DNA from: Scyliorhinus canicula
Taxonomy: Eukaryota
Assembly: GCF_902713615.1 (NCBI RefSeq)
Contig: NW_024055992.1
Location: 1 to 60,117, forward strand
Length of the DNA: 60,117 nucleotides
Reading direction: 5' to 3'
Position numbers and translations under genes: made by a program. Below the pieces are notes generated by a model, which saw only the letters and a list, made by a program, of their open reading frames with translations, searched no databases and was not told the origin of the DNA. Shown here piece after piece: positions 22,595 to 35,317 of the stretch (its first letter is position 1; each line of letters opens with the position of its first letter).

Positions 22595-23302
22595 AGCCGC
22601 TGAGTCGAGCTCCAGAAACACTGACCATGATCAATTCACTCATTCGCTCTATTCACTGGAACTGGCTTGTCCATCAGGGTATGTTTGGTTAAACTTTTCT
22701 CAGGGTCATAAACAGCCAAATAGAGGACAAATACCAAATCAGCGTGGGAGGCAGAGTGAAGACACAAGGCAATATGGCAAGGCTGGATTGCATTTGCTTT
22801 TATGCGAGGAGTCTTAACGACGAGGCAAATGAACTGAGGGCGCAGATTAACATAATCGAGAAAATATCCTGGGACCTCTCTGTGGAAACCTCCACTGAGA
22901 GATGTGTGACCGTAATCGCAAATACGCGAATGTCCAATCAGTATAATGTTTCAATTACAATAGCAACCGAAGGAAATCTCCCGCTCAGAGCGAATAGCTC
23001 CGTGTTAACAGGCCACCCACATGGCAATGATATTAATGTTCTCGTGAGCCGTCTTAAATTAAACAACATGCACAATGACCGAGTGGAGCAGATCAGATAA
23101 AACCGCTGATTCTCCCTCACTGATTCTCCCTCACACCATGGACTGTGCTCACTTACTGACTGTCTTCATCCTCAGAGATTTAATATTGTTGGTCAAAGAG
23201 ATTCGGGTGATCACGGAAACTCATTCAAATCTTATCTGAGGAAATCACAGGCAGATTTGAGATTGTTTCATTGGACGGGGAGATTGGGATCAGAAAATGT
23301 GT

Positions 23303-23497
23303 CCAAAGTCCAAAGATGTGCAGGTTAGGTGGATTGGTCATGATAAATTGCCCTTAGTGACCAAAGTTCCCCTTAGTGTTGGGTGGGGTTACTGGGTTTT
23401 GGGGATAGGGTGGATGTGTTAACCTTGGGTAGGGTGCTCTTTCCAGGAGCCAGTGCAGACTCGATGGGCCGAATGGCCTCCTTCTGCACTGTAAATT
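23303..23497 (+). mobile_element. V-SINE, 5'-truncated
   Basis: 3' half of the SINE with CR1-type tail. Confidence 0.82.
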
Positions 23498-24789
23498 CGA
23501 CGTAAAAAAAATGACGTTGATGGCCGCTCAAACACACAGAGGAAACCACATTAACCTCCTATGAAACCGTCAACAAACTACATCCAGGATTGGCTGAGAA
23601 AACTTAACTGCAGAATCAAATCAGACCGAAAACTTGATCGGAGAGGGACAGAGAGATATACTATTCGTCTATCAGTCATATTTCTGTTCGAATCATTATT
23701 TCCTTCTATATTAGGCTTGGATGGGAAGATCAGATCGAGGAATTAAAGGTTACTGAGACTTTGAAAATTCTTCAAATCTGGTAGAAATCACCTTTTAGCA
23801 TAGAAATGACAAGATCTAAAGGGAATGTGTGAATTAGATAGGGTGAGTCTCCAGCTGGCAGCAGGAATCACAAAGATGCGGTGGAGGGGCCGAAGAAACG
23901 ATAGGACAGATGGGAATAGTTGTGCCTTAAAAAGTACAGACAGAGAATAGGAAAGCAGACAGCGATTAAAAATGATGCAGCAATGCAACGAATGTGAATG
24001 AATGAAAGGTAGATCTGAGCAACATACCAGTATCAATTGTGAAAACCTGAGCAGGTGAATGTGGTTCATTCTATGTAGCAGCCCAGTGACCGGCTGGCCT
24101 CAACGCATTGACAATATAGATTGTTGGACATTGCGCTGATCTAAGCATCCTTCAATGGATCAGCCCTTCCACTGCGAGGGGTGAATATCTGAGCTATTTC
24201 CCTGCCGGCTAGCAGATAGAAGCCCCAGAGGTGTATCAGCTCACTGCCTACTGACTCTCCGAGTTTAAAGATTTGGTCGACGGCGCTGTGCAAGTAAGGA
24301 ATTCATCACTCGCCAGGGTCAGATTCGACCCCGTGTCCCTGACGCTGTGAAATCGAACAGTTCACACAGTGTAGATCTGACTCATCTCCAATTGGAATTT
24401 CATCATTAAGTAACGGCAGAGCTGAAATCAACCTCAACTCCACTGTCAAACCTACCTCCGACAGCCTTTCACCCCCTTGCCTATTGAGAACCTATCTACC
24501 TCTGCCTCAAGAATATTCAACGGCTTTGCATCCACGGCCTTTTGAGGAAGAAAGTTCAAGATGGGGAAAGAAAATGTCCTTACTTCTGCTTTGGGTGAGC
24601 GACCTTTATTTTGAAACAGTGAAGCTTACTTCCAGAATCTGCCACAAGAGGAAATATCCTTTTCACAGCCACCTTGTCAACCCCCGCATTTCAAACAAGT
24701 AGCCTATTCCTCTTCTAAACCCCAGCCGATACAAGGCTAGTCTGTCCAACCATTCCTCATAAGATAATCTGCCCATTTAAACAAAGCCT

Positions 24790-27700
24790 GAATGGGAGCG
24801 ATCTACACTGTCACATAGCATGGAAGACAAAAAACTGAAGGGCCCGTATCTTCCTGCATTGGCAGCTGTCCTACCACCTTCCCCTTTGTCAACCTATCGA
24901 ATGCCCCTGCAGCTTTTTCCTCCTCGCATAATCTTTAATCACAGTCTGCACTTTGTCCCAATACCCTCTATCTGGCAACAACCCCGAATCGAGCCTCCAC
25001 CCGGCGCTTGCTCTCGTGCCGATCTGAGCTGAATCTCCAGCCAGTGGGGCGCATGATCCGAGATTACTATCGCCGTGTACTCTGCCTCCTTCACCCCATC
25101 CAAAACCACCCTGAACCCTACATATGTGACAAAAAGGGATGCTCCCTTCCGCCTGGGTTCTTGAAGCACCACGGGTCCACCATCACCATCTTTTCTATAG
25201 ACCCGCCCAACTCCTTTGCCCTTTATATTCTATCCATTGACCTGGGGCTCGACCTGTCTACTGTCGGTTCTAGGACATAATTAAAATATCTTCCCATATT
25301 CAACTGGCGCGTGGTCAAGTCGGGGATCGTTCCAGAAACCCACATAAAAACTACATTGTTCCAAGTCGGTGCATACACATTCACCAATACCACCAGCTTA
25401 CCTGCTAATACCCCACTCACTATCACATATCTCCCACCCGGGTCTATTACTTCCTTCGCGCCCTCAAACCCCGTCTTCTTACTCATCCACATGGCCACCA
25501 CCCGCGACTTTGAATCAAACCCCGAGTGGAAAACCTGACCCACCCACCCCTTCCTCAGCCTAACCTGGCCCTTCAAGCGTAGGAGCATCTCCTGCTGAAA
25601 GACGTGCTAACCCCCCCCCCCCCCCTCCGCCACCCACCCACCCCCCCACTTTTAAACTCCTTCGGTATGCAAAGACCCGAAATCTCTTCACCGGTCCATT
25701 GAGCGCTCGCACGTTCCATGATATCAGCCTTACCGGCGGCTTACATCTCCATTGCCTCTACTATCAGCCATCCTTACCTTTCAGCTCTAACCCCGTTAAT
25801 TTCACCCTATACAGTTTAAGTACCTGCAGGCACCGGACGTCCTACGCAGGCAGGTCTCAACCTTCCGGCTTCTGCCACCAAGGGGGATACACGACAGGGT
25901 AGTTTCCAGAGTATGGCTGGGACAGTGGTCAGAGGAAATCCACACCCAGGAGCTGAGACACAAATGGGAAGAGGGGTTAGGAGGAGAGATAGAGGATGGT
26001 CTCTGGGCGGATGCGTTAAAGAGGGTCAATGCGTCCACATCATGCGCCAGGCTCAGCCTGATACAATTTAAGGTTGTTCACCGGGCCCACATGACGGTTC
26101 TTTGGGGGCAGAAGACAGGTGTACAAGGTGTGCGGAAGGACCAGCAAACCAGGTTCGTATGTTCTGGGCATACCCAAAGCTTAGGGGATTCTGGCAGGGG
26201 TTTGAGGATGTCATGTCCATGGTGTTAAAACAAGGGTGGCGCCGAGTCCAGAGGTGGCGATTTTCGGAGTGTTGGAAGACTTGGGAATGCAGGAGGAGAA
26301 AGAGGCAAACGTTCTGGCCTTTGCTTCCCTGGTAGCCCGGAGACGGATACTATTAGCTTGGAGGGACTCAAAGCCCCCGAAGACGGAGACCTGCCTATCG
26401 GACATGGCTAGCTTTCTCAATTTGGAGAAAATCAAGTTCGCCTTGAGAGGGTCAACGTTAGGGTTCGCCCGGAGGTGGCAACCGTTCGTCGACTTCTTTA
26501 GACAAAATTAACTGTCAGCAAAAACGGTGGGGGGGGGGGGGGGGGGGGGGTAGTTTAGTTTAGATTAGTGTGTAAGAAAGGTGGAACCTGTGAGTGAGGA
26601 AGACGGCCTTTGCACAGTGTATATATTTGTATGTACACGGTTTCTTCTGTTATTGTTACAAAATCACAAATACCTCAGTTAAATGTTTTATAAAAATAAA
26701 ATTTCACCCTGTACCTAACCCATCCTAGACGCCCCTTTTCTCCGCCCCTCCCATGTTTCGTATCAAACCTCACCACCTCGCATAACCCTCCCTCCGCCCC
26801 AACCCTCTCCCACCCCCCGCCCCCTCCCCCATCCCCCTACAGCCACTTCTTTCAGCCTTCCCCCCACCTCATTTCCGTTGACCAGCATTACCTGCCAGCG
26901 TGGAAACTCGTTCCCAAAGGCTCCTCCGACTGACCACCCCCCCCCCCCACTACCCTCATCCCCCGCCCTCACCTATCTGTTCTGTGAAAAAAGTTCTCGA
27001 TAAACTCCCCCTCCTCCACCCATCTCGACTCATCTCGAACCACAGGTCACCTCCCCAAAGTCAAACAAAAACAATACAGCCCGAGGCAGCAGGATGGGGT
27101 GGGGGGGGGGGGGGGGAGGAGGAAGGGAGTGGGGGCAGCCGTCCCCTTTCAAACCTTTCACCCCTGGTACGGTTAGTCAACCCAACAGTAAAAATCGGAG
27201 TAAAAGAAACCCACCCCTCCCTCCAACCCCCGCTCTACCCCATCTCAATTACTTCAAAGTACCAGCACCTCGTCCCAAAATTGTTCAGTTCAGTGATCCT
27301 CAGCTTATGCTCCTTGATAAAGTCATTGGCCGCTTCTGGAGTCTCAAAATAGCATTCCGGGTATTCATAGGTAGCCATAGTTTCGGCGGGTATAGCACCC
27401 CAACCCTGATCCGCTGTCGATGCAGCACCGCCCTGGCTGCGTTAAACCCACACGCCGTTTTGCCAGCTTAGCTCCCATGTTCTGGTTTATTAGGGCCTTG
27501 TTGCTCTCCAATTCGCAGTTCCGCTTCTCGCCAGCTGACTGCAGAATCTTCTCCCTCTCGACGAACTTGTGGGACCTCCTGATCACCGCCCGCAGCGGCT
27601 CCTGCCTCTAAGCCTCTGCCCCAATGACCAATGCTCTCTGTTCACCTCAGGGGCCTTGCCCAGCACCCCCTCCACCACCAGACCCGCCAGCATCGTTGAA

Positions 27701-28200
27701 ACGTACCTTGCCGTACTCGCACCTTCCATTCCTTCAGGCAGGCCCACTATCCACAGATTCTGCCTTCTCGACTTACTTTCCTGCTCCTCCACCTTTGCTC
27801 TTACAAAGGTCTCCTAAGACTTCCACCTCCGCCTTCAATGCCACCACCCGATCGTTGTGGCCCGACATCACCTTCTCAATCTCTTGTATCGGCGACCTCT
27901 GTACCCCCCAGCATTGCTCCACGCTCTCCATCGATCCCTTTGGGGAGTCACAGCCCCATCTATGGCCTTCGAGCCATCCTCCTGCATCTTCTTCCTCTGC
28001 TGGCAGAACTCTTCCTTGATAAAGGTATTCAACTGTTCCCTGTGGGGTTTTGCTACTTGCACTGGCGCTCCCGCCTCCGCGATCCTTCCACTGCTACTGC
28101 GCCACAGGTCTCAATGAAGTCCTTGGCCAAGTCCTCCACTTTCTTCTGCCGGGTTCATTAACCAGCAGATATACCACACCCGGGTGTGACTTCTCCTCTG
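24790..28200 (-). mobile_element. Older L1-clade element (ORF1, G-rich spacer, endonuclease) on the minus strand, split by a sense-strand L1 insertion
   Basis: Minus ORFs RRQNLWIVGLPEG (27583-27792), LISWNVRALNGPVKR (~25680-25735), VRLRKGWVGQVFHSG...LVNVYAP (25223-25588). Confidence 0.85.
25813..26699 (+). mobile_element. 5'-truncated L1 3' end with A-rich tail, inserted antisense in the older L1
   Basis: Encodes ORF2 C-terminus KIKFALRGSTLGFARRWQPFVDFF; near-perfect 15-bp TSD AATTTCACCCT(A/G)TAC at 25798-25812 and 26700-26714. Confidence 0.9.
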
Positions 28201-29269
28201 AACTATGCGCTATATAAATGTAACATGAGATCCTTGCTTTAACAATCTATGCCACGATTGAGAAAGGCAAGTGTACCATATGCATTTTTCACCACCCCAA
28301 TCACCTGCCCTTCCGACTTCAGATGCACAGGTTACGTATCGGAGATAGGGCGAGGGAGTGGACACAGGTAGTGTACTCTTTCAGAGGGTCAGTGCAGACT
28401 TGATGTACTGATTGGCTCCAGTCGATGGTTCTATTCCAGGTTCTAGGAAACCCATGCAGGCACGGGGAGAATGCACAAACACCACACATCAACCAAGGTC
28501 AGAATTGAAGACGGGTCTCTATTGTCGTGAGGCATTAGTGCTAACCATTGTGCCACCGTGTTAAATGTTTCTGCCTTGTTTACTTTCATTATCTTCTTCA
28601 TTTATAATTATCTCAATTATATGCTTTGTTCTGATGTGTCAGTAAGACATTTGTAGAAGCTTGTAAAGTTTAATGTCAAACATTTATGACCAAGAATAAT
28701 TTTCGAAATACAGAAGTTTGAAACCACTTAACATTTAACTTACCGTTTGACTTTCTCAAATGAACAATGAGATAAAACGACTTCACCGTTTCAAATTTCA
28801 TGCAATAAAATATATTTTCTGACTTAAACACAACGGCTGTGTATATTTGTGGGAGGCAGCGCGGGAAGGGGAGGGAGGGAAGAGTTGGAGGGATGATGTG
28901 AAGAGGGGGGAGGGAAGAAGGAATGGAGGGAGGGAAGGGGAGTGTTGACTAGTGTTAATTGACAAGCTCAAGGTCCGAGAGAAGCAGCTGCTGAAGCGCA
29001 GCATCCTGGCACACATCTCCTCTGGCATCATACACTGGTAAGGTGGGTGATCGACTCGCTGCAAACCCTGTCAGACCGATAGATCACTTTAGCTTACAGG
29101 AGGCTTGTATGTGTCAACTACGGCAGCAAACTTTGTTGAACCATTTGAAATAATCACTGAGGCTTCGAAGGATAAACATGGCATCAGTGCTACGCGTAAA
29201 CAACTCAGCTTAAAGTAAATCGCAAAATCCAAACGCACTTTATCTGCGAATCAGCTGGAATGACAGACA

Positions 29270-29730
29270 TGTTAACATTAGTGTCCTTCAAGGAGTCAAA
29301 AGCACCAGTATCGAGGTCATGATCATCCAAAGACAACTCCGCTGTCCGGTCCATATGATTTCACGGTCCCGACTGCCTGAACAAATCTTCATCACCCAAC
29401 TCAAGGAAGGATCCCGAACAAGAGGAGGACAAAGTATGTTCTTAAAAGACACCTTGCAGGCTTACCTCAAGAAATGGAACATGGAAGTCAATTTTTGGGA
29501 ATCCTTTGCTCAGAAGAGACCTATTTGGCGGTACCTCCTGATTGAAGAGTCACAATTCTTCGAGAACACCCGACGGCAAGGGGAGGCCCGGGAAAGGAGC
29601 CTAAGAAACCAATGCCTGCGACTGAGCGTCCGAGCACCGATGCCACTTTTTGGAAACTCCTGCCAAGTGAGTGATTGAAGATGCTGCTCTAGGATCTGGC
29701 TCATCAGCCACGCAACAACCAAAATAAGCC
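29270..29730 (+). mobile_element. RTE-clade LINE 3' fragment
   Basis: IIQRQLRCPVHMISRSRLPEQIFITQLKEGSRTRGGQ...KDTLQAYLKK matches the RQLRW.GHV.RM...RLPKQ..Y..L...GGQ.KR.KD pattern of RTE/BovB C-termini. Confidence 0.75.
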
Positions 29731-29754
29731 GAGGGAGGGGGAAGTTTCTTTGAG

Positions 29755-30800
29755 CATGTGTTCTGTGTGTATCTGAGTTTTTAATTGCCTGTTATTTTGT
29801 GTGCGTATATATCTGTGTGCGTCTGTGTACGCGTTTGTCTGTGTTTTGTTTGTGTGTGCCTTTGTTTTTGTGTATGTTTGTGCGTGCCTGTGTGTGTGCC
29901 TGTGTGTCAGTGTTTATGATTATGACTGTGTTTGTATCTGTGAATGTCTGCTGGTTCGTTTGTGCTTGTGCATGTTTGCCTGTCTTTGTGTTTCTACGTG
30001 CCTGCATGTGTGTCTGTGTGTGCGAATGTGTGTGTGCCAGTGTGTGTGAGTGTATGTGTGTGTAACTACCTGTGTTTGTACTTGCTTGGTGTTGTTTTAT
30101 TTGTGTCTGTGTGTGTTGGCAGGTCTGTTTATCTCTGTCTTAGTGCGTGTGTTTTTGTCTGTCTGTATCCTATGATATATGTAGGTGCGTGTGTCTGTGT
30201 GTCTGTCCTTATGTGTGTCTGTCCTTGTGTTTGTCTGTGTGTGTGTGAGTGTGCCGGTGTCAGTGTGTCTACGTGTGTTTATGTATGTGTGTGTGTGTCC
30301 ATTTGGTGTCTGTGTTTATGTGTACGTCTGTGTGTGTCTGCCGGTGCCTCATAGATGCGTCTGCGCCTGTGCCTGCTTGTCTCTGTTTGTGTGTATGTTT
30401 CCTTGTGTCTGTATTGTCTCTTTGCCCTTGTGTCCGTTTTTGCGAATGCGTGTGTGTATAATGGGTATGTGTCTGTGTGCGTCAGTGTCTGTGTCCCTGC
30501 ATGTGTTGTGTTTTCCTGTGCGTTGTTTTATTTGTGTGTTTGTTTGTGTGTATCTGTATGCGTGTTCATATGGGTGCCTGTTTGCCTGTGCTTTTGTCTG
30601 TTGCGTGTTTATTTGTGTATGTTTATGTCTGTGTGTGTCTGTCGGTGAGCGTATGTCTGTGCTTGTTTGTGTGTGTGTCTGCATGTATGTCTGTTTTTGT
30701 GTCCGAGTATGGGTGTCTGTGTGTGAGAAAGTGTGCGTGTGCCTGTCTATGTGTGTCTCTGTGTGTGTGAGTGTGTGTGACTATGCCTGTATGTATGCAC
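29755..30800. repeat. Degenerate (GT)n-rich low-complexity tract, about 1.05 kb
   Basis: Alternating purine-pyrimidine rich sequence; all ORFs here are V/C/M/L-rich artefacts. Confidence 0.93.
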
Positions 30801-31071
30801 AAAGAGAGATGGGGTGAGAAGAGCGATATCCTCTGGCGGACGTCAAGCGGAAGCAGGTGAGAATGGATCAGTTAATTTCACACGAGTGATGCTGATTGGT
30901 TGACAGTTCGTATCTGTTTTTAAAAATCTGCCAATCCCCGTCCTGAGCAGCACCCTCAGTGTCTGACTAAGGGCAGTAATCCGTGGTCTGTTTTTACTTT
31001 TAAATATGAGAATAAAAAGTTCCGCAGTTTAAACCATTCTGTTATGCTAGTCGAACTGAACACCACATACC

Positions 31072-31544
31072 ATGTGCTGCGTATATCCTTTACTGATAAT
31101 CATGGTTCTGCTACCCGGTGAGTCGACGGTTCAATACGTCTCTGTCCATTGATCATGTTTACTCCCAATTGTATAACACAGGCTTTTCTTTATTTCAGGA
31201 ACAGAGGCAAAGGATTCAGTTTCCCAGGATCCGCCTGATGTGACGGTTCAGGAGGGACACACGATAATATCGAACTGCAATTACTCCACAACCGGTACCT
31301 ATCCCTACCTCTTCTGGTACATCCAGTATCCAGGGGAATCTCCGAGATATTTACTAAGAAAGTACGGCAAGGCGGAGGGGGACAAGTCGTCACATTTTCC
31401 CGACCGTTTTTCTGCTCGTTTGGACCAGGAGCAAAAAACAGTTCCTTTAACTATCACCGGGGTCCGTGTGTCTGACTCTGCTGTGTATCTCTGTGCTCTG
31501 AGACCCACACTGTTGCAGAGACACAGTCAGTCCATACAAAAACT
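31072..31544 (+). CDS. TRAV/DV: TCR alpha/delta-type V segment, family A, intact
   Basis: Leader 31072-31117 MCCVYPLLIIMVLLP, GT-AG intron, V exon 31199-31505 (DSVSQ..NC..LFWYIQ..DSAVYLCALR), RSS CACACTG 31506-31512, 23-bp spacer, ACAAAAACT 31536-31544. Confidence 0.95.
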
Positions 31545-31920
31545 GACAAGGCACTTTCACATCCTCTCATTGACTGTGAGCTGATATCATATGAGAAATC
31601 ACAATATGTAGATCAGTTTTGCTGTATACCTGTTTGTGTTAATTCAATCCAGCACTCTTTCTGCTTTACGCCGCCACTGAGCAGATTACTTTGAGGGCAT
31701 CTCGAGCGCTGACAAAACAAAGATACTAAATGTCACTTCGCTATCCCACCTCAAAGACTGATCCTATTCAGCGCCCAACATTGTCTTTACTAAATCCTCG
31801 TTCCTACTGTGAGGAGAACAACTTAATTCCCTCTAGATTAATATAATTAATCAGAAAACAACTAGCTTTGCTCTGGATTGCAAAACAAGGGAACGACACG
31901 TTGAGAGGTTGTCACAGATC

Positions 31921-32510
31921 ATAGAACATACAGTGCAGAAGGAGGCCATTTGGCCCATCGAGTCTGCACCGACACACTCAAACCCTCACTTCCACCCTAC
32001 CCCCATAACCCAATAACCCCTCCTAATCATTTTTGGACACTAAGGGCAAATTAGCATGGCCAATCCACCTAACCCGCACATCTTTGGACAATGGGAGGAA
32101 ACCGGAGCACCGGGAGGAAACCCACGCAGACACGGTGAGAACATGCAAATTCCGCACGGTCACCCAGCGGGGGATCGAAACTGGTACCCTGGTGCCATGA
32201 AGCCACAGTGCTAACCACTTGTGCTACCGTGCTGCCCAATGTCATCTACTGTTTGTGTCATAGAATCCCCACAATGGAAAAAGAGGCCATTCGGCCTAAC
32301 TAGTCCGCAGGGATACTTAGAAAGACCATCCTACCTCGGCCCAATCGTCCGCCCTGTAACTGCACCTAACCTGCACATCCATGGAAGAAACCCGGAGCAC
32401 CGGAAGGAAGTCCACACAAAATGTGAAAACTCCACACAGACAGTCACGCAAGGGCGGAATTGAACCCGGGTCCCTGACGCTACCCACTGGCAGTTTTACC
32501 CACTGTGCAT
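31921..32510 (-). mobile_element. Two tandem V-SINE copies (31921-32237 and 32258-32510)
   Basis: Reverse complement heads, cores and tails. Confidence 0.85.
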
Positions 32511-33015
32511 TGTTAGTGTATGTTAATTACCTGAAATATATGTAAAATATAATTGTTCTGTATTCTCTATGATCCGAGAGCTGATAAATCACCTTGTGGG
32601 TGTTTAGCTCCCCTTCCACAGCTTGAATAAATAAGTTCTGAACTGAAACTATTTGCGTGCCGTCTGGTCAGAGGAACACTGTCGGTGTGAAGATTGATAT
32701 TCACAACATACAATCCGTGACAAATATACAACAGCAGCGGGATACAGCAGAAAGATTAATGTTAATCCCGGCACTGATGCCACATTAAATATGTCACTGA
32801 CTTGATATATTCATGGGCGAACCGTGGACTCTCTACACAAACCGTTCCTAGATGTGAGAGAACACTTTTAGAATTATTTAACAAGCATGTCCTCCTGTGG
32901 AAGTTCATCGCCTTCTAATCAATAGGACGGATCAAATAATAACCAATTTCGAACGGAACAATTTACACTCGGTGAGAATTTTAGGTTCAATTTCACTGTT
33001 TTCTCCTCCCCGCAC

Positions 33016-33023
33016 TGACGTCA
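33016..33023. promoter_or_regulatory. CRE site TGACGTCA with nearby CCAAT boxes, promoter of the V at 33225
   Basis: Perfect palindrome 209 bp upstream of the leader ATG; GATTGG at ~33053 and ~33080, CCAAT at ~33116. Confidence 0.6.
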
Positions 33024-33224
33024 CGAATCGAAGAACACAGAAACTGCGAGTTGATTGGATGATTTGAAGAATAATGGTTGATTGGTTATCCGCTGCTGTC
33101 TCTGTCAAGAACTAGCCAATCCGCAAAGAGGCTGGATATGAGTCAACCTTCACCCTATTCTGGAATTAAAACTATTTCAGGTGGAAGAAGCCTCGTCAAA
33201 CCCCGCCATCATCTCTGTGTGACC

Positions 33225-33996
33225 ATGTTCACTGTCAGTTTTTCCTTTATCTTTACAGCTGCTGCTGTCTTAACTGGTAAGTTCGAATGCTATGTAACTC
33301 TGCGTTTCACATCTATCTCATACTTTATATTTAGGCGGCCAATATAGAGAACACAGAAATATCCACACCTTGATTCTGAGTGCAGAAACAATCATTCAGA
33401 CCGATCTGAACTTAACATTGAAAACTCTTCAGGAAATTCGCATTCTCCCCCATTGCCCCTAATCTTACCCCGCTGGAAAGTGCTGAAAGTTGTTCAAACC
33501 CCTCCTCCTTGACTCACATTTTGTAGGGAATGTCTTTCTTCTTAACACTTCTCCTTTAATTCCTGGGTAACTGTTGGGAGTGATCGGCTGATAATGGGGA
33601 TAGATAATGGAGCGACATTGTTTAATTTACTATCGCTCTGGGCTCTTATAGGTTATTGCCGAGGAGATTCGGTTTCACAGACACCAGCTGAAACCTCAGT
33701 CCATGAAGGAGGTGACATTGAATTGTTCTGTAATTTCACATCTACAAGCAGCGACGTTCCTTACCTATTCTGGTACCGTCAGTATCCCAGCGGCTCCTTG
33801 GAGTACTTGTTGCAGAGGAACAGATACAGCGAGAAAACGGAGGGCATTCCAGAGAACCGCTTTTCAGCGAAGCTCCATGAATCAGGTCGGACCGTTCCGC
33901 TGAAAGTCTCTAAGGCACAACTGACTGACTCCGCGGTGTATTACTGCGCACTGAGACCCACAGACACACAGAACCCGCTGAACCTGTACAAAAACT
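33225..33996 (+). CDS. TRAV/DV: TCR alpha/delta-type V segment, family B, intact
   Basis: Leader 33225-33276 MFTVSFSFIFTAAAVLT, donor GTAAG, V exon 33652-33958 (GDSVSQ..LFC..LFWYRQ..DSAVYYCALR), RSS CACAGAC 33959-33965, 22-bp spacer, ACAAAAACT 33988-33996. Confidence 0.94.
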
Positions 33997-34687
33997 GTCA
34001 AAGCGTTTCTGCACATAACACTTCAGCGATGTTATAGTCAGAGGGGGTCGAAGATCTCTCACCAGCGGACCACCTTGCTTGTCGTTATACCTCTTACATT
34101 TCAGAATAATAACAACCAGGCTTTAATTAAGTTACTGTGAAAAGCCCCTAGTCTCCACCTTCCGGCGCCTGCTCGAGAAGGCCAGTGCGGGAATTGAACC
34201 CGCGCTGCGAGAATTGCTCTGCATTACAGGTCAGCTATTTAACCTATTGTGCTTAGTCTCTTATGTGGATGGCTTTCCTCTGAATATAAATTATACTCAT
34301 TCTTAATAGGAAAATATACCAGTACAATTGGCAGTGTGCGTTTGTGTGGCGTCAATTTCTAAAGAAATGCTGTCGGTGAATGTCCAGGCTTGTGCAACAC
34401 TTACCAGGACATAAAACAATAATCAAATGAATTTAAGAAGGAAAATTCCCAGCTGCCTGCCTGTCGGTATTTCCCGTTCTGAGCTGCACAATGAACAACA
34501 ACCAACCACAACAATCATGCTGCAATATTAACTTATATTTCCCCTCTGTTCAACTGGTGTCGATGATATTTGTCGACAAGCTGCAGGCTTTGTGTATATT
34601 TCCCCTTCTGCGTTAATTCCCCTAAAATTGATATTTTGAGTTTCTATTTTCATCAAGTGTCCGAACGGTGTCAAGTTCTGATTAGAT

Positions 34688-34701
34688 CCACCAGAGGGCG
34701 A
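34688..34701 (+). promoter_or_regulatory. Candidate CTCF site CCACCAGAGGGCGA
   Basis: Close match to the CCASYAGRKGGCRS core, in unique intergenic DNA between two V segments. Confidence 0.55.
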
Positions 34702-35317
34702 CATGGTCACACGTTTCCCGCTGCTCCCTCCAGGCTGACAGTTGACCGCATGAAGAGGGACACTGCGCTTTGCTAAACTATAGAAGTCGTGTCTAAATAA
34801 AGGAAGAAGATTCAACAATAACTTTTAGAAGGAAATCTAAAGGGAATTACAGGGGTATATAGAATTACCGGGGTATATAGAAAAAGCTGTTTTTGAAAGA
34901 AGAATAAGATAACGATTTCAAAGTGTCTCGGGCAATATAGATCGTGTGGCCTCATCCCTGACTCGAAGATTCTAGATTCTAGTCCGTCATGTCCTCCCGA
35001 TATTTTCTTCTCAGTGACTTGCACGATGAGCAGGTGCAGCATGGTCACGGTGTAGTGAAGATTCAACTGTCGCTATTTCCGCTCCATCAGTTCCGAGTGC
35101 AGCTGAGAGTCACCGCACACTTCACTCAATATTCAGACTGCGGTACCCCGCCCACAGCTTCCGGTTGCTGCTCTCACTCTGACCTAATTGTGGAGAGATT
35201 GCTGCCGCTGGTTCATTCCTCTCATTGGTCGGGTCAGCAGTGCGGTGTAACGGGGATCTGTATTTCTGTCTGACAGAGGATTTATCTCATTGCAGAATTA
35301 CAAACTCAAGAAGGATC

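Noticed and set aside
29792-30817. Cys/Val-rich ORFs as metallothionein-like or membrane proteins
   Set aside because: Artefacts of GT-rich low-complexity DNA, open in several frames at once.
31522-31544. CACAGTC inside family A spacers as a nested 12-RSS
   Set aside because: Only 7 bp separate it from the nonamer, not 12 plus or minus 1.
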